Shown one piece after another: positions 51,148 to 64,000 of a stretch of 64,000 nucleotides of DNA. The notes beneath the pieces are model-generated. The model did not search any database, had not been told where the DNA came from, and was given only the letters and a program-made list of their open reading frames with translations. Positions within the stretch are counted from its first letter, which is position 1. Every line of letters starts with the position of its first letter. Source of the stretch: Malacoraja senta (taxonomy: Eukaryota); contig CM075990.1 of assembly GCA_038087875.1 (NCBI GenBank), positions 8,682,001 to 8,746,000 on the forward strand, given 5' to 3'. The position numbers were made by a program, and so were the translations under genes.

Positions 51148-52466
51148 GTAACTATTGAACATCTGCTCACTGTTTTAACTTGGAAATAGTGCGTGAATGT
51201 AGTGAATCCCATGGCCCATGAGCGAACAAACCAGGAACCAGTTTGTCTGCGTGAGGGAGAATTAAGAATTGCAGAGTAAGTGTCAGAGCGAGACACCCTG
51301 AGGGAAGGATGTCAAGTGAGAAGATAGTTGTGAATGGATGGAATTCCTCTACCTTTGAGGGCTGTAGATGCTGTTTTAGGCAGATACAGCAATGAAAGCA
51401 AGAACATTCCAGGTGTTAGAATCAGACAGTAACAGGTTGAGAGATTCACACAGAGAGTGGTGAATCTCTGGAACTCTCTGCCACAGAGGGTAGTCGAGGC
51501 CAGTTCATTGGCTATATTTAAGAGGGAGTTAGATGTGGCCCTTGTGGCTAAAGGGATCAGAGGGTATGGAGAGAAGGCAGGTACGGGATACTGAGTTGGA
51601 TGATCAGCCATGATCATATTGAATGGCGGTGCAGGCTCGAAGGGCCGAATGGCCTACTCCTGCACCTAATTTCTATGTTTCTATGTTTCTATGTTTCTAA
51701 TCCTGATCTAATTAAATGGCCAAACGGGTGTGAGGAGCCAAATGTCTTCATCCAGTTCCATTTCCTTATGTTCTAAGGCATGGGAACAAGGAGAGAAAAA
51801 AAATGTTTTGAAGGAACTGTTTGATTGATTATTAAGCAACATGCTTTATTAATTTAACATGCATAGTACAGCTAGCCCAAGGCCAACTTGGAGAACACAT
51901 TGAAGATTAATGGATAAGCCTGTAAATTAAATGAAGACCCTCAGACCACAGGAATAATAGACAATCAGAAGTGTATTTGGAACAAAGAAGTTTGCATTAG
52001 TTCCAGAGCCAAGAGTTGTGTTCCTGGCTACACTCCATCAAGTATTCCCCAATTCCCAGTAACATCAGCAGTAAGTGGCAAATACCAATGTTGGCACAAA
52101 GCCATTGCAGTCCACTAAGTTCACATCAGGCCGGTTACCAAGTAATACAGTCGTGTCCCAAGGCATCAAACATTCTGCAGTCTGCTCTCTCAACTCCTGA
52201 TTATTTTATGGAGAATGCAAGGTATGAATTTGGAAGCTGACTGTTACTTTCAGATCCTCGCTCACACAAAACAGATCTTTTATTTAAGACTTTTGGAACA
52301 ATGAGAAGCAGTTTTATTTTCAGATATGTATGCAATGCCCTGAGAATCTTAATCCCGCCTTTGAACACTGAGCTCCCCCCGCAGATACGGAGAAATCAGG
52401 GAGCCAGGTACAAAGGCACAAAAGTGTCACAGTGCTGTTTGCAGCAACATTAAGAAGTACCGTCCA

Positions 52467-52820
52467 AGTGTAGCTTGGACATGTTGGCCAGTGTGAGCAG
52501 GTTGGGCCAAAGGGCCTGTTTCTACCCTGTATCACTCTGCGACTCTTTGACTCAATAGAGTCATAGAGTGATACAGTGTGGAAACAGGCTCTTTGGCCCA
52601 ACCTGCCCACACTGGCTAACATGTCCAAGCTACACTAGTCCCACCTGCCTGCTTTTGATCCATATCCCCCCAAACTTGTCACATCCATGTACCTGTCTAA
52701 CTGTTTCGATGTTGGGATAGTCCCAGCCTCAACTACCTCCTCTGGCAGCTTGTTCCATACACCCTTTGTGTGAAAAAGTTACCCCTCAGATTCCTATTAA
52801 ATCTTTTCACCTTCACCTTG
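52467..52820. mobile_element. Two CR1 3' ends, tail to tail
   Basis: 52467-52546 is the approximate reverse complement of 52557-52636. Same subfamily as 34445-34935. Confidence 0.8.
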
Positions 52821-53354
52821 AAAATTGAAGGTAAACTGAGCTCATCACCTTTAACATTGACCTTTGCACTTTATTGATATTCACAAAGAAAGATACGAAA
52901 CAGCGGGTTGCTAATTACCTAGTGCCCACATCACCTTGTCTTCTGTTGTCGTACAACAGGTTAGTTAGGTTGACTTTATTGATTAATGTTTCGATGGGAT
53001 TCTGATCTCAAATAGAGAAAACCAGATCCCCTCTGGCGAATGGTTCAATAACCAGAAGCCAGATATTGAAAATCATTGACAAAAGAACTAAAGGAGGTCA
53101 AGAAAACTTCTTCCCCCTTAAAAAGTTGCTAAGATCTGAAACGCTCTCCTTGAGATGATGATGAAAACTGATCTATCAGTATTTTTCAAAGAAAATTGGA
53201 ATTGTGACCTTTGCCACAATGCGGTGAGGAGACAGTTTTTTCTATCAGGCATCACCCAGACAACAGTGATGCCTGATGCAAGTCAATAAAAACTATTTCC
53301 ATGGCTAAAAAAGACTTTTCCATGAAACTTGTGTTATAAATGAATTTTAAAAAA

Positions 53355-53826
53355 TATATATTTTTATTTTATTAGAAGTAAGTACAATTATATGGCACCA
53401 AAGTGCCTAATATATATTGACATAATACATTTTATGTACAGCTTCTTATTTTTTTTTATAATGAAAAAGAAAAAGAGAGAATAGATAATAGATAATAAAA
53501 GATTGAAAAACGTGTGATATATAGTGTGTGAGAAAGAAAAAAGGGTGAAAGAAGAAAAGTGAAGAAAAGAAGATAGAAAGAAAAAGAGTAGCAAGTAAAA
53601 GATTAAGGAGATCGTTATTTATAATCTTGACCATCCCTCACCCAGTCCTGGAACAGTTAGCTTCTACAATTGTGTTGCACCATATGCTTCCAAAAAGACG
53701 ACAAATGGAGACCAACTCGTTAAGAATTGGTCTGATTTATCTATTAGGAGGAATCGCATTTCCTCAAGATGTGCGGTGTCCAACATGCTTGAAATCCACA
53801 TTTTAAGCGTTGGTATAAATGCATTT
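53355..53826 (-). mobile_element. L1-clade LINE, short 3' fragment
   Basis: PTLKMWISSMLDTAHLEEMRFLL..SDQFLTSWSPF...GATQL* is homologous to the end of the 19907-20740 ORF. Similar 3' UTR end (TTTTATTTTATTAGAAGTA on +). Confidence 0.85.
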
Positions 53827-54899
53827 GTATAAGTATTTTTTATTTTGTAGGCTAAATTTAATTGTAGCCAGGGAGTTAATCTGTGCTCCAATGAATTCTA
53901 GGTTATTCAATTACCCAACGTTGAAAGTCTCATTGATCAGAGCAGGTGGAGGATTGAGAGATGTTCAAATTCATGATCCCAAGACAGGGACAGGGAGAAG
54001 CCAACTCTAATTTACATTAATGCATCTTATTAACATAATAGAAGTCATTTTTGCAAAAAACGAATCTGCCAGACTTTGAATTGTAAAGATAAGTCAATTT
54101 TGTAATTATCCTAATTGGTAGATGTAAATTAGTGATAATGTTGCTAATGTATCTAATTTGTGTATTGTGACTAGCTACAGTTTTCACAGAAGGAAATAAT
54201 TATTTCTTTAAATTATTCAGAAAACTTAAATCTGCATCTAATTTCCATTGTATAATCTCTCAATTTCATGATAGTTCTGCAGTATCCACAAAATGGAATT
54301 GCCTTTGAATTAAATAAAGTTTAATAGAATAAATACCGGTGTATAGCTGGGCTGACATTCTATACTCTATACACTGCTAGTGGGTGATTTCTGTATATCT
54401 CACTGGTACACTAAACTGGCACACACTGGTGTACAATGTTGGTGCACACACGCTGCTCATATACTATCATGGTAACCGTTTGGTTTAGTTTAGAAATAAA
54501 GTGAGGAAACAGGCCCTTCGGCCCACCGATTTCGCACTGACCACCGATCCCCGCACACTAATACTATCTTGCCTACTAGGGACAATTTACACTTTTACCG
54601 AAGACAATTAGCCTACAAACCTGTACGTCTTTGGAGTGTGGGAGGAAACCGGAGCACCCGGAGAAAACCCACGCAGATCAAAGGAGAACGTACAAACTGC
54701 GTACAGACATTACCCATAGTCAGGATCGAACCCGGGTCCCTGGCGCTGTAAGGCAACAGCTCTACCGCTGTGCCACCATTGTTGTGTGACACTGGTACAC
54801 CCTGTTGGTATTAGTACACTGCTGGCTCACAACCACTTCACACTCCTAGCGAACATTGTTGTCACAATAATCTGGTTCATAATGCAGGGGGACAATAAT

Positions 54900-55469
54900 G
54901 TGTAGGAAGGAACTGCAAATGCTGGTTTAAACCGAAGATAGACACAAAAAGTTGGAGTAACTCAGTGGGTTGGACAGCATCTCTGGAGAAAAGGAATAGG
55001 TGACGTTTCGGGGTGAGACCCTTCTTCAGACTGAGAGTCCGGGGAGAGGTAGACCAAGAGATAAGGAAGTTTAAGGTGTGAAAACGATATATCAAAGCGG
55101 ATGTAGATCAAGGAAAATGTAGAATAGATCATTGTTAGCTAGGAGAAGGTGACAACAAAGCATACAGAGATAATATTTAATCAGGGGGACAGTCAGGCTG
55201 GTGGGAGAATTAGGAAGGAGGAGGAATGGAGAGTGAGGGAAAGCAGAATGGAGAGAGAAGTCAATGTTCACACTGCTGGGGCGTAAGCTGCCCAAGCGAA
55301 ATATGAGGTGCTGTTCCTCCAATTTGCACTGGGCCTCACTCTGACAGTAGAGGAGGCCCAGGACAGAAAGGTCAGTGTGGGAATGGGAGGGGGAGTTAAA
55401 GTGTTTAGCAAGCAGGAGATTTAGGTTTAGGCCGACTGAGCGGAGGTGTTCAGTGAAACGATCGGCAAG
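54900..55469 (-). mobile_element. Penelope-like retroelement 3' fragment: GIY-YIG endonuclease C-terminus plus terminal repeat
   Basis: LADRFTEHLRSV...AKHFNSPSHSHTDLSVLGL...KLEEQHLIFRLGSL.P..VNIDFS matches the C-terminal half of PLE GIY-YIG domains. Confidence 0.85.
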
Positions 55470-55842
55470 TGCACAATACTGGTACGCATCAATTGTGTTT
55501 GTTGATGCCACTAATGGACTACAAAGTATGAATTTGCATTTCTTTCCCACTGAACAGTAGTATCTCATAGATAATTTTAGTTAAATATTTAATGAATGTT
55601 ACTAATCAACACAACTCCTTCACAAGAACAATCTTGGGAAGAAAGGTCAATTTCACTAACTATAGAACGTCCTTAAAAAGTTGAAGGCAGAGAGCAAGGC
55701 ATTTAAAGGAATCAGATATTCTGATCAGGAAGCAGAGATAAAATAAATGAATAAATCCTTCATTAAATCTATATTATTCCCCAATGTTACTTAGCTGATT
55801 AATATAAATAACATGGGAGAAATAATGATAAACTAATGATAA

Positions 55843-56135
55843 GGCCTGAAACATCGGGCCTCCGCTGCGGCGACTGTGGAGGCCTCAAATAGGCCCCGAC
55901 CATGGGTGAACATAGAGGAAGAGGACTGGACTTTTTATTGCTTTCCCTCACAGTAGAAACCATTGATTCCGCTGTGGGGGGGACGTTCATGTTAAATTAT
56001 ATAGTGTGTTGTGCTTTTCTTATTATTTGTATGGCTGTATGGCAACCCAAATTCTTCTATGTACAGCACTTTGGTTCAATGTGAGTTGACTTTAAATGTG
56101 CTATATAAATAAAAATTGATTGATTGATTGATTGA
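55843..56135 (+). mobile_element. Unclassified short retroposon with an L2-like tail
   Basis: GC-rich head and a 3' end GCACTTTGG...TGCTATATAAATAAAA(ATTG)n. Confidence 0.45.
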
Positions 56136-57186
56136 TAAGAGAAACGTTCAGATAAATGAAATCCGTGAGGCAAAGAATGTTAAAATTAATGGATTAAAAG
56201 CTGAAGTCTGCAATGAGGTAGATTGGAAGATGGAGACCTCACCCTAATTTAGAGGAAGACCAATCAGTAGTCTGACAACAGTGGGAACAATAGACCAGCT
56301 CGCCTGAAATGGACTGGCAACAAAATGCTAGAATTCAATGTAAAGGATGTGGTAACAGAACATTTATCAAATCGTAGTAGGATTATTAAGAACCAAGGTG
56401 ACTTTTGTTTAATTAAATCAAGTTTGCCAAATACTGTAAAATAAAGCTTTATGAGGATGTTGTTAACTGGGTGGATAATGGCAAGCTGATGATGCAAATC
56501 TGAATATTATAAAAGGCATTTGAGAAGATATTTCACAAATGTTTGTCCCATAGAATAAAGGCTCGTGGAATTGCAGAAATAAATTGTAAATAAATAAATA
56601 AATAGAGTATTAGTTAAAAGACTAACTCGGGGAGTGGGAATAAACAAATATTTTTCCGGGATGCATGCTATTTTTCCAGAAGTGCGACAGAGACTGGTAC
56701 CAGTTTAATTAATGAACTAGTGAGAAGGGTGTGAGGCCTCTCTCAAGATTAGCCCGCGTTAAGTCAAAAGTGAGCTGTGACATTCAGATCAGGTAGTGCG
56801 CTATGAGGAAAATATAATGTGGTAAAGGCAGTTGGAGAAAATATCAAGTGATGGGTAAGATTGGCAGATAGAATGTAATATATGGAATATATAGGACAGC
56901 AATACGAGTTGAGATGAGGAGAAATATCTGACCCAGAGGTTTTGAGTCTTTAGACTGTTTGGTCCCAGGTTGGGGCTGTTCCATCAGTGATGATATTGGA
57001 GGCTGGGATTAATAGGTTTTTGGCAGGTGAGGGAGTCATATAATGGGGAGATTGAACAGTAAATAACAGGATCAGCTCTGATCTTATTGAGTGACGGGGC
57101 AGGCTCGAGGGACCACGCAGCCTGCTCTTGATGCCATTTGACATCTTCTTACCATCACAACACTTCAATGAATGTTCTGCTTGCAG

Positions 57187-57325
57187 GTGGAGACTCGCCC
57201 ATGAACTCATTTGCCATGCGGATTGTGATGGGTAGCTGGTGGCTCTTCACTCTCATCGTGTGCTCCTCCTACACTGCCAACCTGGCTGCGTTTCTGACCG
57301 TGTCCAGAATGGATAACTCCATCCA
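57187..57325 (+). CDS. GRID1: GRID1 coding exon, M3 gating helix: [45 protein letters not shown]
   Basis: Acceptor ctgcttgcag| and donor |GTAAGT. 139 nt, phase 1-2, matching the phase of the previous exon. Contains the invariant SYTANLAAF motif. Confidence 0.96.
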
Positions 57326-60300
57326 GTAAGTGATACCAGCGGAAGCTTCAGGACAAAATTGGACAAGCTATTGGGATGTTTCCATTTTAAGAAATGCCTT
57401 GCTTAATCTCTCTCAGTAGAAGCTGTGCTCGCACTTTGTCTCGTTTAATGCTTCTTGATTAATCTGACTCATCAGGAGGAAGATTATTGCAGTCTCAAGT
57501 TTAACATTTGCAGCATCTGCCTTGTCATTTACAAATCATCATCGATCACTATCTCCAACGCATGATTAATGCCCAGGTCTTAGCTTCAGCTGCGTTCCTG
57601 TCTCTCTGTAACACCTTTAATCAAAACTACTTTCTCATTCAAATATGCAACAACTTTGCCCTGAGAAAGATATTGAACAAATTTGCGGCACGTGTAAGAT
57701 TTGAAAATATCAACCTAACATTGTTTCCTTTCTCATATTTATAGGTTAGACACTTAGAAACTTAGCCTCTCAGAGGCACCAGGAATCTCGAGTAAATGTA
57801 GTTTGAGTCAGTTTAGTTTAGTTTAAAGAATACAGCGCGGAAACGTTGTAAGTCCGCGCCGACCAGCAGTCCCCGCACACTTACACTAGCCTCCACACAC
57901 TAGGGACAATTTACACTTACACCAAGCCAATTAACCTACAAACCTGTATGTCTTTGGAGTGTGGGAGGAAACCAGAGATCCTGGAGAAAACCCATGCAGG
58001 TCACAGGGAGAACGTACAAACTCGGTACGGACAGCACCCATTGTCAGGATCGAACCTGGGTCTCTGGCGCTGTAAGGCAGCAACTCTGCCACTGTGTCAC
58101 TGTTGGTTAGAATTTTTTTTTCAATATAGTGCTGTGGTGGAGACATTATCTCAGAGAACCTTTTCAGTGAGAATTCAAATCTAGTTTCAGATTAAATATA
58201 TCATGGTTAAATTTACCTTTGTCAGAATTGAATGCACAGTTCCCCTGATTTACTGGCATGTCAGGGCGATGTCTGTTCTGGTCGGCTGTTGGAGTGTGAT
58301 ATATTGTGCCTTAGGGAATGCTCCAGGCAGAGTCTTGCTCACTCAAATAATCCTTCTAAATTCCAGGCACTGTGACATTCAAAGGATGGGGAGAGCACTT
58401 TACTGCAAGGAGATAACCTCTAGTTTTGTGATAAACTACCCATCTGTGGAATATTACATCCTGGGTCTTTTGCGACTGTTAAATAATTCATACACTTCTA
58501 CCTTTAGTGGAAACCGCTGAGTAGTGTTTTGCCGTAACTCAACTTGTCACTGGTTAATAAGAAGGTAAGAAGTAGGAGGAGGAGTAGTCTCGCAGGCTGC
58601 TGGAGCTTGGAGATTCAATCAAATTCAATAAGGCTAAACTGACAGCTGCCCTCAGTTCCATTTTCCTGCCTTGTCTCCCGAGACCAGTCTGAAGAAGGGT
58701 CTCGACCTGAAACGTCACCCATTCCTTCTCTCCAGAGATGCTGCCTGTCCCGCTGAGTTACTCCAGCATTTTGTGTCTATCTTGTGGATGATCAGCCATG
58801 ATCACATTGAATGGCGGTGCTGGCTTGAAGGGCCAAATGGCCTACTCCTACGCCTATTGTCTATTGTCTCCCATGACCCTTGATTTCCCTTCTTACAATT
58901 TATTTTATCTCAACCTAGAACACACTGGTTCCATGTTTAGTACTCAAGATGCATTCTCAGGAACAGCAGCTCATAAGTTATAAAAGCAGAATTAGGCCAT
59001 TCAGCCCATCAAGTCTACCCCACCATTCAATCATGGCTGATCTATCTTTCCCTCTCAACCCCATTCTCCTGCCTCCTCCCCCCACCCCCCCCATAGCCCC
59101 TGTCAGCCGTATGGAACCGATCAGATTCATGAGATTTTTAATCTTGAGACCGATTAGTTTGCTTAGCAATATTCCCCTTGGTATTAAGATTGTATTAAGT
59201 TCCACTCTCTCTTTTGCCCTTTATTTCCTACACTTTTGGCATACTTTAAATTTGTTCACAGGTGCAACATGTTAGTTTAACATCTCTGACATTTCCTTCC
59301 CCCGCTGTTACTAATTCCCGGAGCAGCTTCCAAAAGAACAGTGTTTACTTTTGCTACTTCATTCCTTGTACAAAGCTCGTACTGTTTTCATATTGCTTGC
59401 CAGTTCTTTCCCATATTATATTTTCATCCATTGTTCTCATATTATATTTTCACCCCTTCATCGATTTTCTTTTAATTAGCCTTTGTTGGTGTGGAAAATT
59501 TCCCTCGATATTCAAAGCTCTACTATTCTTTGTGATGAAATGTCTCCTTTAACTTCTTACAACTTAAGTTTTTCAATCTGTGTCATATTATGATCACTTT
59601 TGCCCAGACGACTGGTTACTGGAAATTCATTAATTGCACACAAATGAATCAAAAATAGCCTGATCGCTGACTGGGCCTCCAATGTACTGTTCTGTAACAC
59701 TGTGTTGATTGTATTCCATGAACTCATCCCCGAGGCTATCTTAACCAATGTGATTTGCACAATCTTTGTGAAGATTAAAGTCACCCATGCATTACACCTT
59801 TGTAACAACCCCCACCTTTTGACTCTCCACCTCTTCCTTTCATCTTCCCATCCCCCCCCCCCCCCATCCACCACCCACACATCAGTCTGAAGAAGTGTCT
59901 CGACCCGAAACGTCACCTATTCCTTCGCTCCATAGATGCTGCTTCACCCACTGAGTTTCTCCAGCATTTTTGGTCTACCTCCCACCTTTTGAATGATACT
60001 TTGCCCAAAGGCATTGCCATGATAGAGATCTGAAAACTACTTCCATTGATTCCTTTGACATTGTTTCTTATCTCTTTCCAAACTAATTATATTTCCAGAT
60101 TTTCCCATGTCTCACCATAATCCTTTTCTAACAGAGGTAGTCCACCTGGTCACCTTGCAACCATGCCTTTGTAATGGCTGTGATGTTACAATCATCTATC
60201 ATTATTTGTGCTACTCATTTATTTATTATGTTGGAATGCTTCATGCATTCAGATACAAAGTTTTAAGAAGCCTATAATTTTGATTTTACACCATTGTCAC

Positions 60301-63300
60301 TCCTTTGACCCTGGTCACTATCACATTCTTATTCCTTTGCTATGGCCTGAAGAACTCCCATTCATTTAACCATAGTGCTACTCAGTTCTGAAATGTTATC
60401 CTTTCTCTTTAATATCCTAAATTTCTCTTTACCTAAACCCTTACATCCACTATTTAGTTTAAAGCCCTGCGTTCATTCTAGTTATTCGATGCACTGAGAC
60501 ATTGGTCCCAGACCATTTAAAGTAAAGCCTTTCTGAATGGCTCTAATGTCAAAGTGTCAAGTGTCATTGATTTATTTGGGTTAGTGTTGGCATTTTGCCT
60601 GAGTTGGATTATTGAGCTGAGGGAAGCATAATTGGCCCAGGGCCAGATTTTTAATTTAAGTGCTGCTTAAAATCATTTAGTAAGAATGTTTTGCATAGGT
60701 CCAATATATTGCCGTAATATCAACCTTCAACTTGAAATGCAAGTTGTTGCTGGAATGTGATATTCAGACAGATTTTGGGTTCTAATACATGAATTACTAA
60801 AAGTTAGCCTGCAGCCACTGCAACCAATTAGCAAACCAAATGGTGCATTTCCCTTTGCAGTTATTAAATTAAGGAAGTCTTGCTATAATTATAAAGGAGC
60901 TCTTTGTGACTGTACCTTAAGTTGATGCCATGTAGGGACATGTTTCTTTGCCCAAGGAAGGTTTGTCTTCTAGGGAATGTAACAAAGGTTTCATAGGGTG
61001 CACTACTGGGGTGAAAGGGCTACTGTGCAGATATTTGAGTAGAGTGGGCCTATATTCTTTGGAATTTTGAAGTACGAGAGGCAATAGATTGGAGCTATTT
61101 AAAATACTCAGAGGATTTTGTAATGCTTCTTGAAGTGAAGCTTAGATACTGTTCGATAGACACAAAATGCTGGAGTAATTCAGCAGGCCAGAAGGTATCT
61201 CTGGAGGGAAGGAATGGGTGATGTCTGAAGAGGGTCTCGACCTGAAACATCACCCATTCCTTCTCTCCAGAGATGCTGCCTGTCCCGCTGAGTTACTTCA
61301 GCATTTTGAATTAAATTGAATAAATTTTATTAGCCAAGTATGAAAACATACAAGGAATTTGCCTTGGTGCTTTGCTCACAAGTAACAACATGATATACAG
61401 TAAACAATTAAGAATAAAACATTATAATTTAAACATATGAAGAATGAAATAAAATGCCAGAGCAAAAGGAGGCTACAGACTTTTGGTTATTGAGTAGAGC
61501 TACTGCTCGTGGAAAAAATATGTTTTTATGTCTGGCTGTGGCGGTTTTGACAGTCCGGACTCCAGAGGGAAGTGCTTCAAAGAGTTTGTGGCCAGGGTGA
61601 GAGGGGTCAGAGATGATCTTGCCTGCTCGCTTCCTGGCCCTTGCAGTGTACAGATTCATCAATGGAGGGAAGGTTTCAGCCAATAACCTTCTCAGCTGAT
61701 CGAACGATGCGCTGCAGTCTCCGGATGTCATGCTTGGTGACTGAGCCAAACCAGACCATGATGGAGAAGGTGAGGACAGACTCTATGATGGCAGTATAAA
61801 ACTGGACTATCATTGCCTGCGGCAGATTGTGTTACCCGGAAGTTAATGTGTGGTCAGACACCAATTCAGACAGTATTCCATGCATGACAAAGATCCACCT
61901 CAACTCTTCAGAGGTGTTTTCTGTGTCATACATGTACTGACTTTAATTCATTTTGAGTGCGTGTAAATGAACACAAGGAAGTGGTTAACAAAAGATGACA
62001 TGGACATTGGGATAGTCAAGTTAACCACCTACATGGCTGTAATGACATTGTCAACAAATAATCTGCTGAAGCAACTCAGCGAATGCGGCAGCAAGCCTGG
62101 AGGTAACTGGACAATCGACCCTTCCTCTGTACTGAAAGAGCGGAGGGGAGAAAAACGGATCAAAGAGGAGGAGGGAAAGGTGGGGCAAGTGTTGGCACGA
62201 GAGGGGTATCCAGGAGGAGAGGGATGGATTGGTGAAGAGAGTCAGGTGGGGGAGAGAGTGGTGGGGATAACAGCAGAGGCTGGGGCAATGTTTGGTGGAA
62301 TTAACTAGGGGCTGAGGATGATAGAATCTGATGGGCAAGGGATGTGAGACAAAAAAAAGGGGGAGAGAAGTACAATGAGAGGGGAATGTGAAGGGGGGAG
62401 TAAAGATCAACTGCCTTAGATTCAGCCAGTCCGAAGAAGAGTCCCGGCCCAAAACATCTCTGTCCATTTCCTTCCATAGATGCTACCTGCCAAAACAAAG
62501 ATGTGTTCATAAGATCATAATATCATTAGTGATAGGAGCAGAATTAGGCCATTTGGCCCATCAAGTCTACTCCGCCATTTAATCATGGCTGATCTATCTC
62601 TCCCTCCTAATCCCATTCTCCTGCCTTCTCCCCATAACCTCTGACACCCGTACTAATCAATATCTATCTCTATCTCTGCCTTAAAAATATCCACTGACTT
62701 GGCCATCACAGCCTTCTGTAGAAAGAAATCTGAAAAAAACCCCACCATCTGACTAAAGATATTTTTCCTCATCTCCTTCCTTAACAAATGTTCTTTAATT
62801 CTGAAACTATAACCTATAGTCCTTGGCTCCCCCACTAGTGGAAACATCCTCTCCACATCCACTCTATCCAAGACTTTCGCTGTTCTGTACATTTCAACGT
62901 TCCTCCAGCAGTTTGTATTTCGCTCAAGATTCCGGCATCTGCCGCGTCTTGTTGCTGCCCTACATGTCCCTAAGGTTTCTCTCTTTCAATTACTGTTGGA
63001 GCCTGTTCATCCCATGTGTCCGTTAACAGCAAGTGAGGGAGTTAGTGTTGAGAATTCACTGCTGGAGCCTGAGACCGTTTAAAACAAGAAGAAAGATATT
63101 CTTTAAAAAATTACAGTTCTAGACGCATTGAGTGTTTACTTGTATCATCAAGTCATTTCTTGGAATTCCCTCATCTCATCTCCCTTCCCTGCCTCACGGG
63201 TTGCGAGCCTGCTGTGAATTAGTGTTTAAGGACGTGCAGTCCTAGCTTTTCGTGAAAGGCAAGTCACTTGGGGATTTTAGTTTTGTAAACATTGCTTGTT

Positions 63301-64000
63301 GACACTGCCTTTATTACCAAGGCATTATATTTTATTCCTTTTCCTTCTGTGGCGCACACCCAATGCACATCGCAGCTCTAGCATATACTGCTGCTTTCAG
63401 TCTAATGATATTCCTTCCTCGCTGGTACAGTGTTAGTTATTCCGCTCTCCAGAATTGGAATCTCAGTGATGTTCCCATCTATCGCCTTGTGCAAGCATGG
63501 CTGAATCCGCCCCATGCTCTGAATTTCTAACTGCCAGAGGGATTTAATTTGCTTTCAGAATGAAATGTACATACTTCTGACCTCCCCAGGACACCGAGAG
63601 GATTGATCCATTAGACTATAAACACTAAAAAGAGCGAAGCTGAGCCCTGCGGTACTGTATGGAACAACATCAGGACTTGTCAAACTCACTGGGCTGATGA
63701 GAGTCTGGAGCTAGAGTTAGAAATTATTTTCCATGTCATTAAGATTTCAATTGCCCCTTTTCTTTTCAATTTGCGCACATTGTTATGCCCTCAGAATGAG
63801 AGAGTTCCAGTGCAATCTATGAACTTACCATGGTCCAGGGCTTTCCTGACCTGTATTAAGAATAGGGGTATTACATTTAGGACTGAGATGAGGAAAAACT
63901 TTTTCACCCAGCGAGTGTGTAGGAATCTGTAGAATTCTCTTCCACAGAAGGCAGTGGGGGCTAATTCACTGGATGTTTTCAAGAGAGAGTTAGATATGGC

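Noticed and set aside
41644..57325. Assignment to GRID2 or an AMPA/kainate receptor
   Set aside because: [28 protein letters not shown] and [27 protein letters not shown] fit GluD1 better as I recall the paralogues. A phylogeny would be the formal test.

Overview
Eukaryotic genomic DNA, most likely a cartilaginous fish such as a skate or ray (inferred from the repeat repertoire: HE1/V-SINE-like SINEs, CR1/HER1-like LINEs, Penelope-derived repeats). The window lies inside a + strand glutamate receptor delta-1 gene (GRID1/GluD1). Four coding exons have GT-AG boundaries and compatible phases: 41644-41745, 43821-44018, 50817-51147 and 57187-57325. They encode the ATD-S1 linker, the S1 ligand-binding segment, M1/M2 and M3 with SYTANLAAF. 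The rest is intron, densely filled with mobile elements. Main observations: (1) a ~0.95-kb non-coding DIRS1-type element with its full ITR/ICR architecture, whose ICR spells out the circle junction and the AAT crossover core seen at the integration site; it sits in a CR1 LINE and hosts a Buster-type hAT; (2) about 20 Penelope-derived short repeats carrying a minimal hammerhead-ribozyme core, often as inverted dimers and twice associated with locally copied DNA; (3) a SINE>L1>solo-LTR nest bracketed by a ~320-bp inverted duplication; (4) three different Harbinger-type MITEs sharing one terminus; (5) a Helitron-like element with two 5' ends; (6) a GRID1 acceptor fronted by a ~300-nt UG repeat instead of a polypyrimidine tract. 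All family assignments come from reading the sequence, not from database searches, and repeat boundaries are approximate unless a TSD is given.
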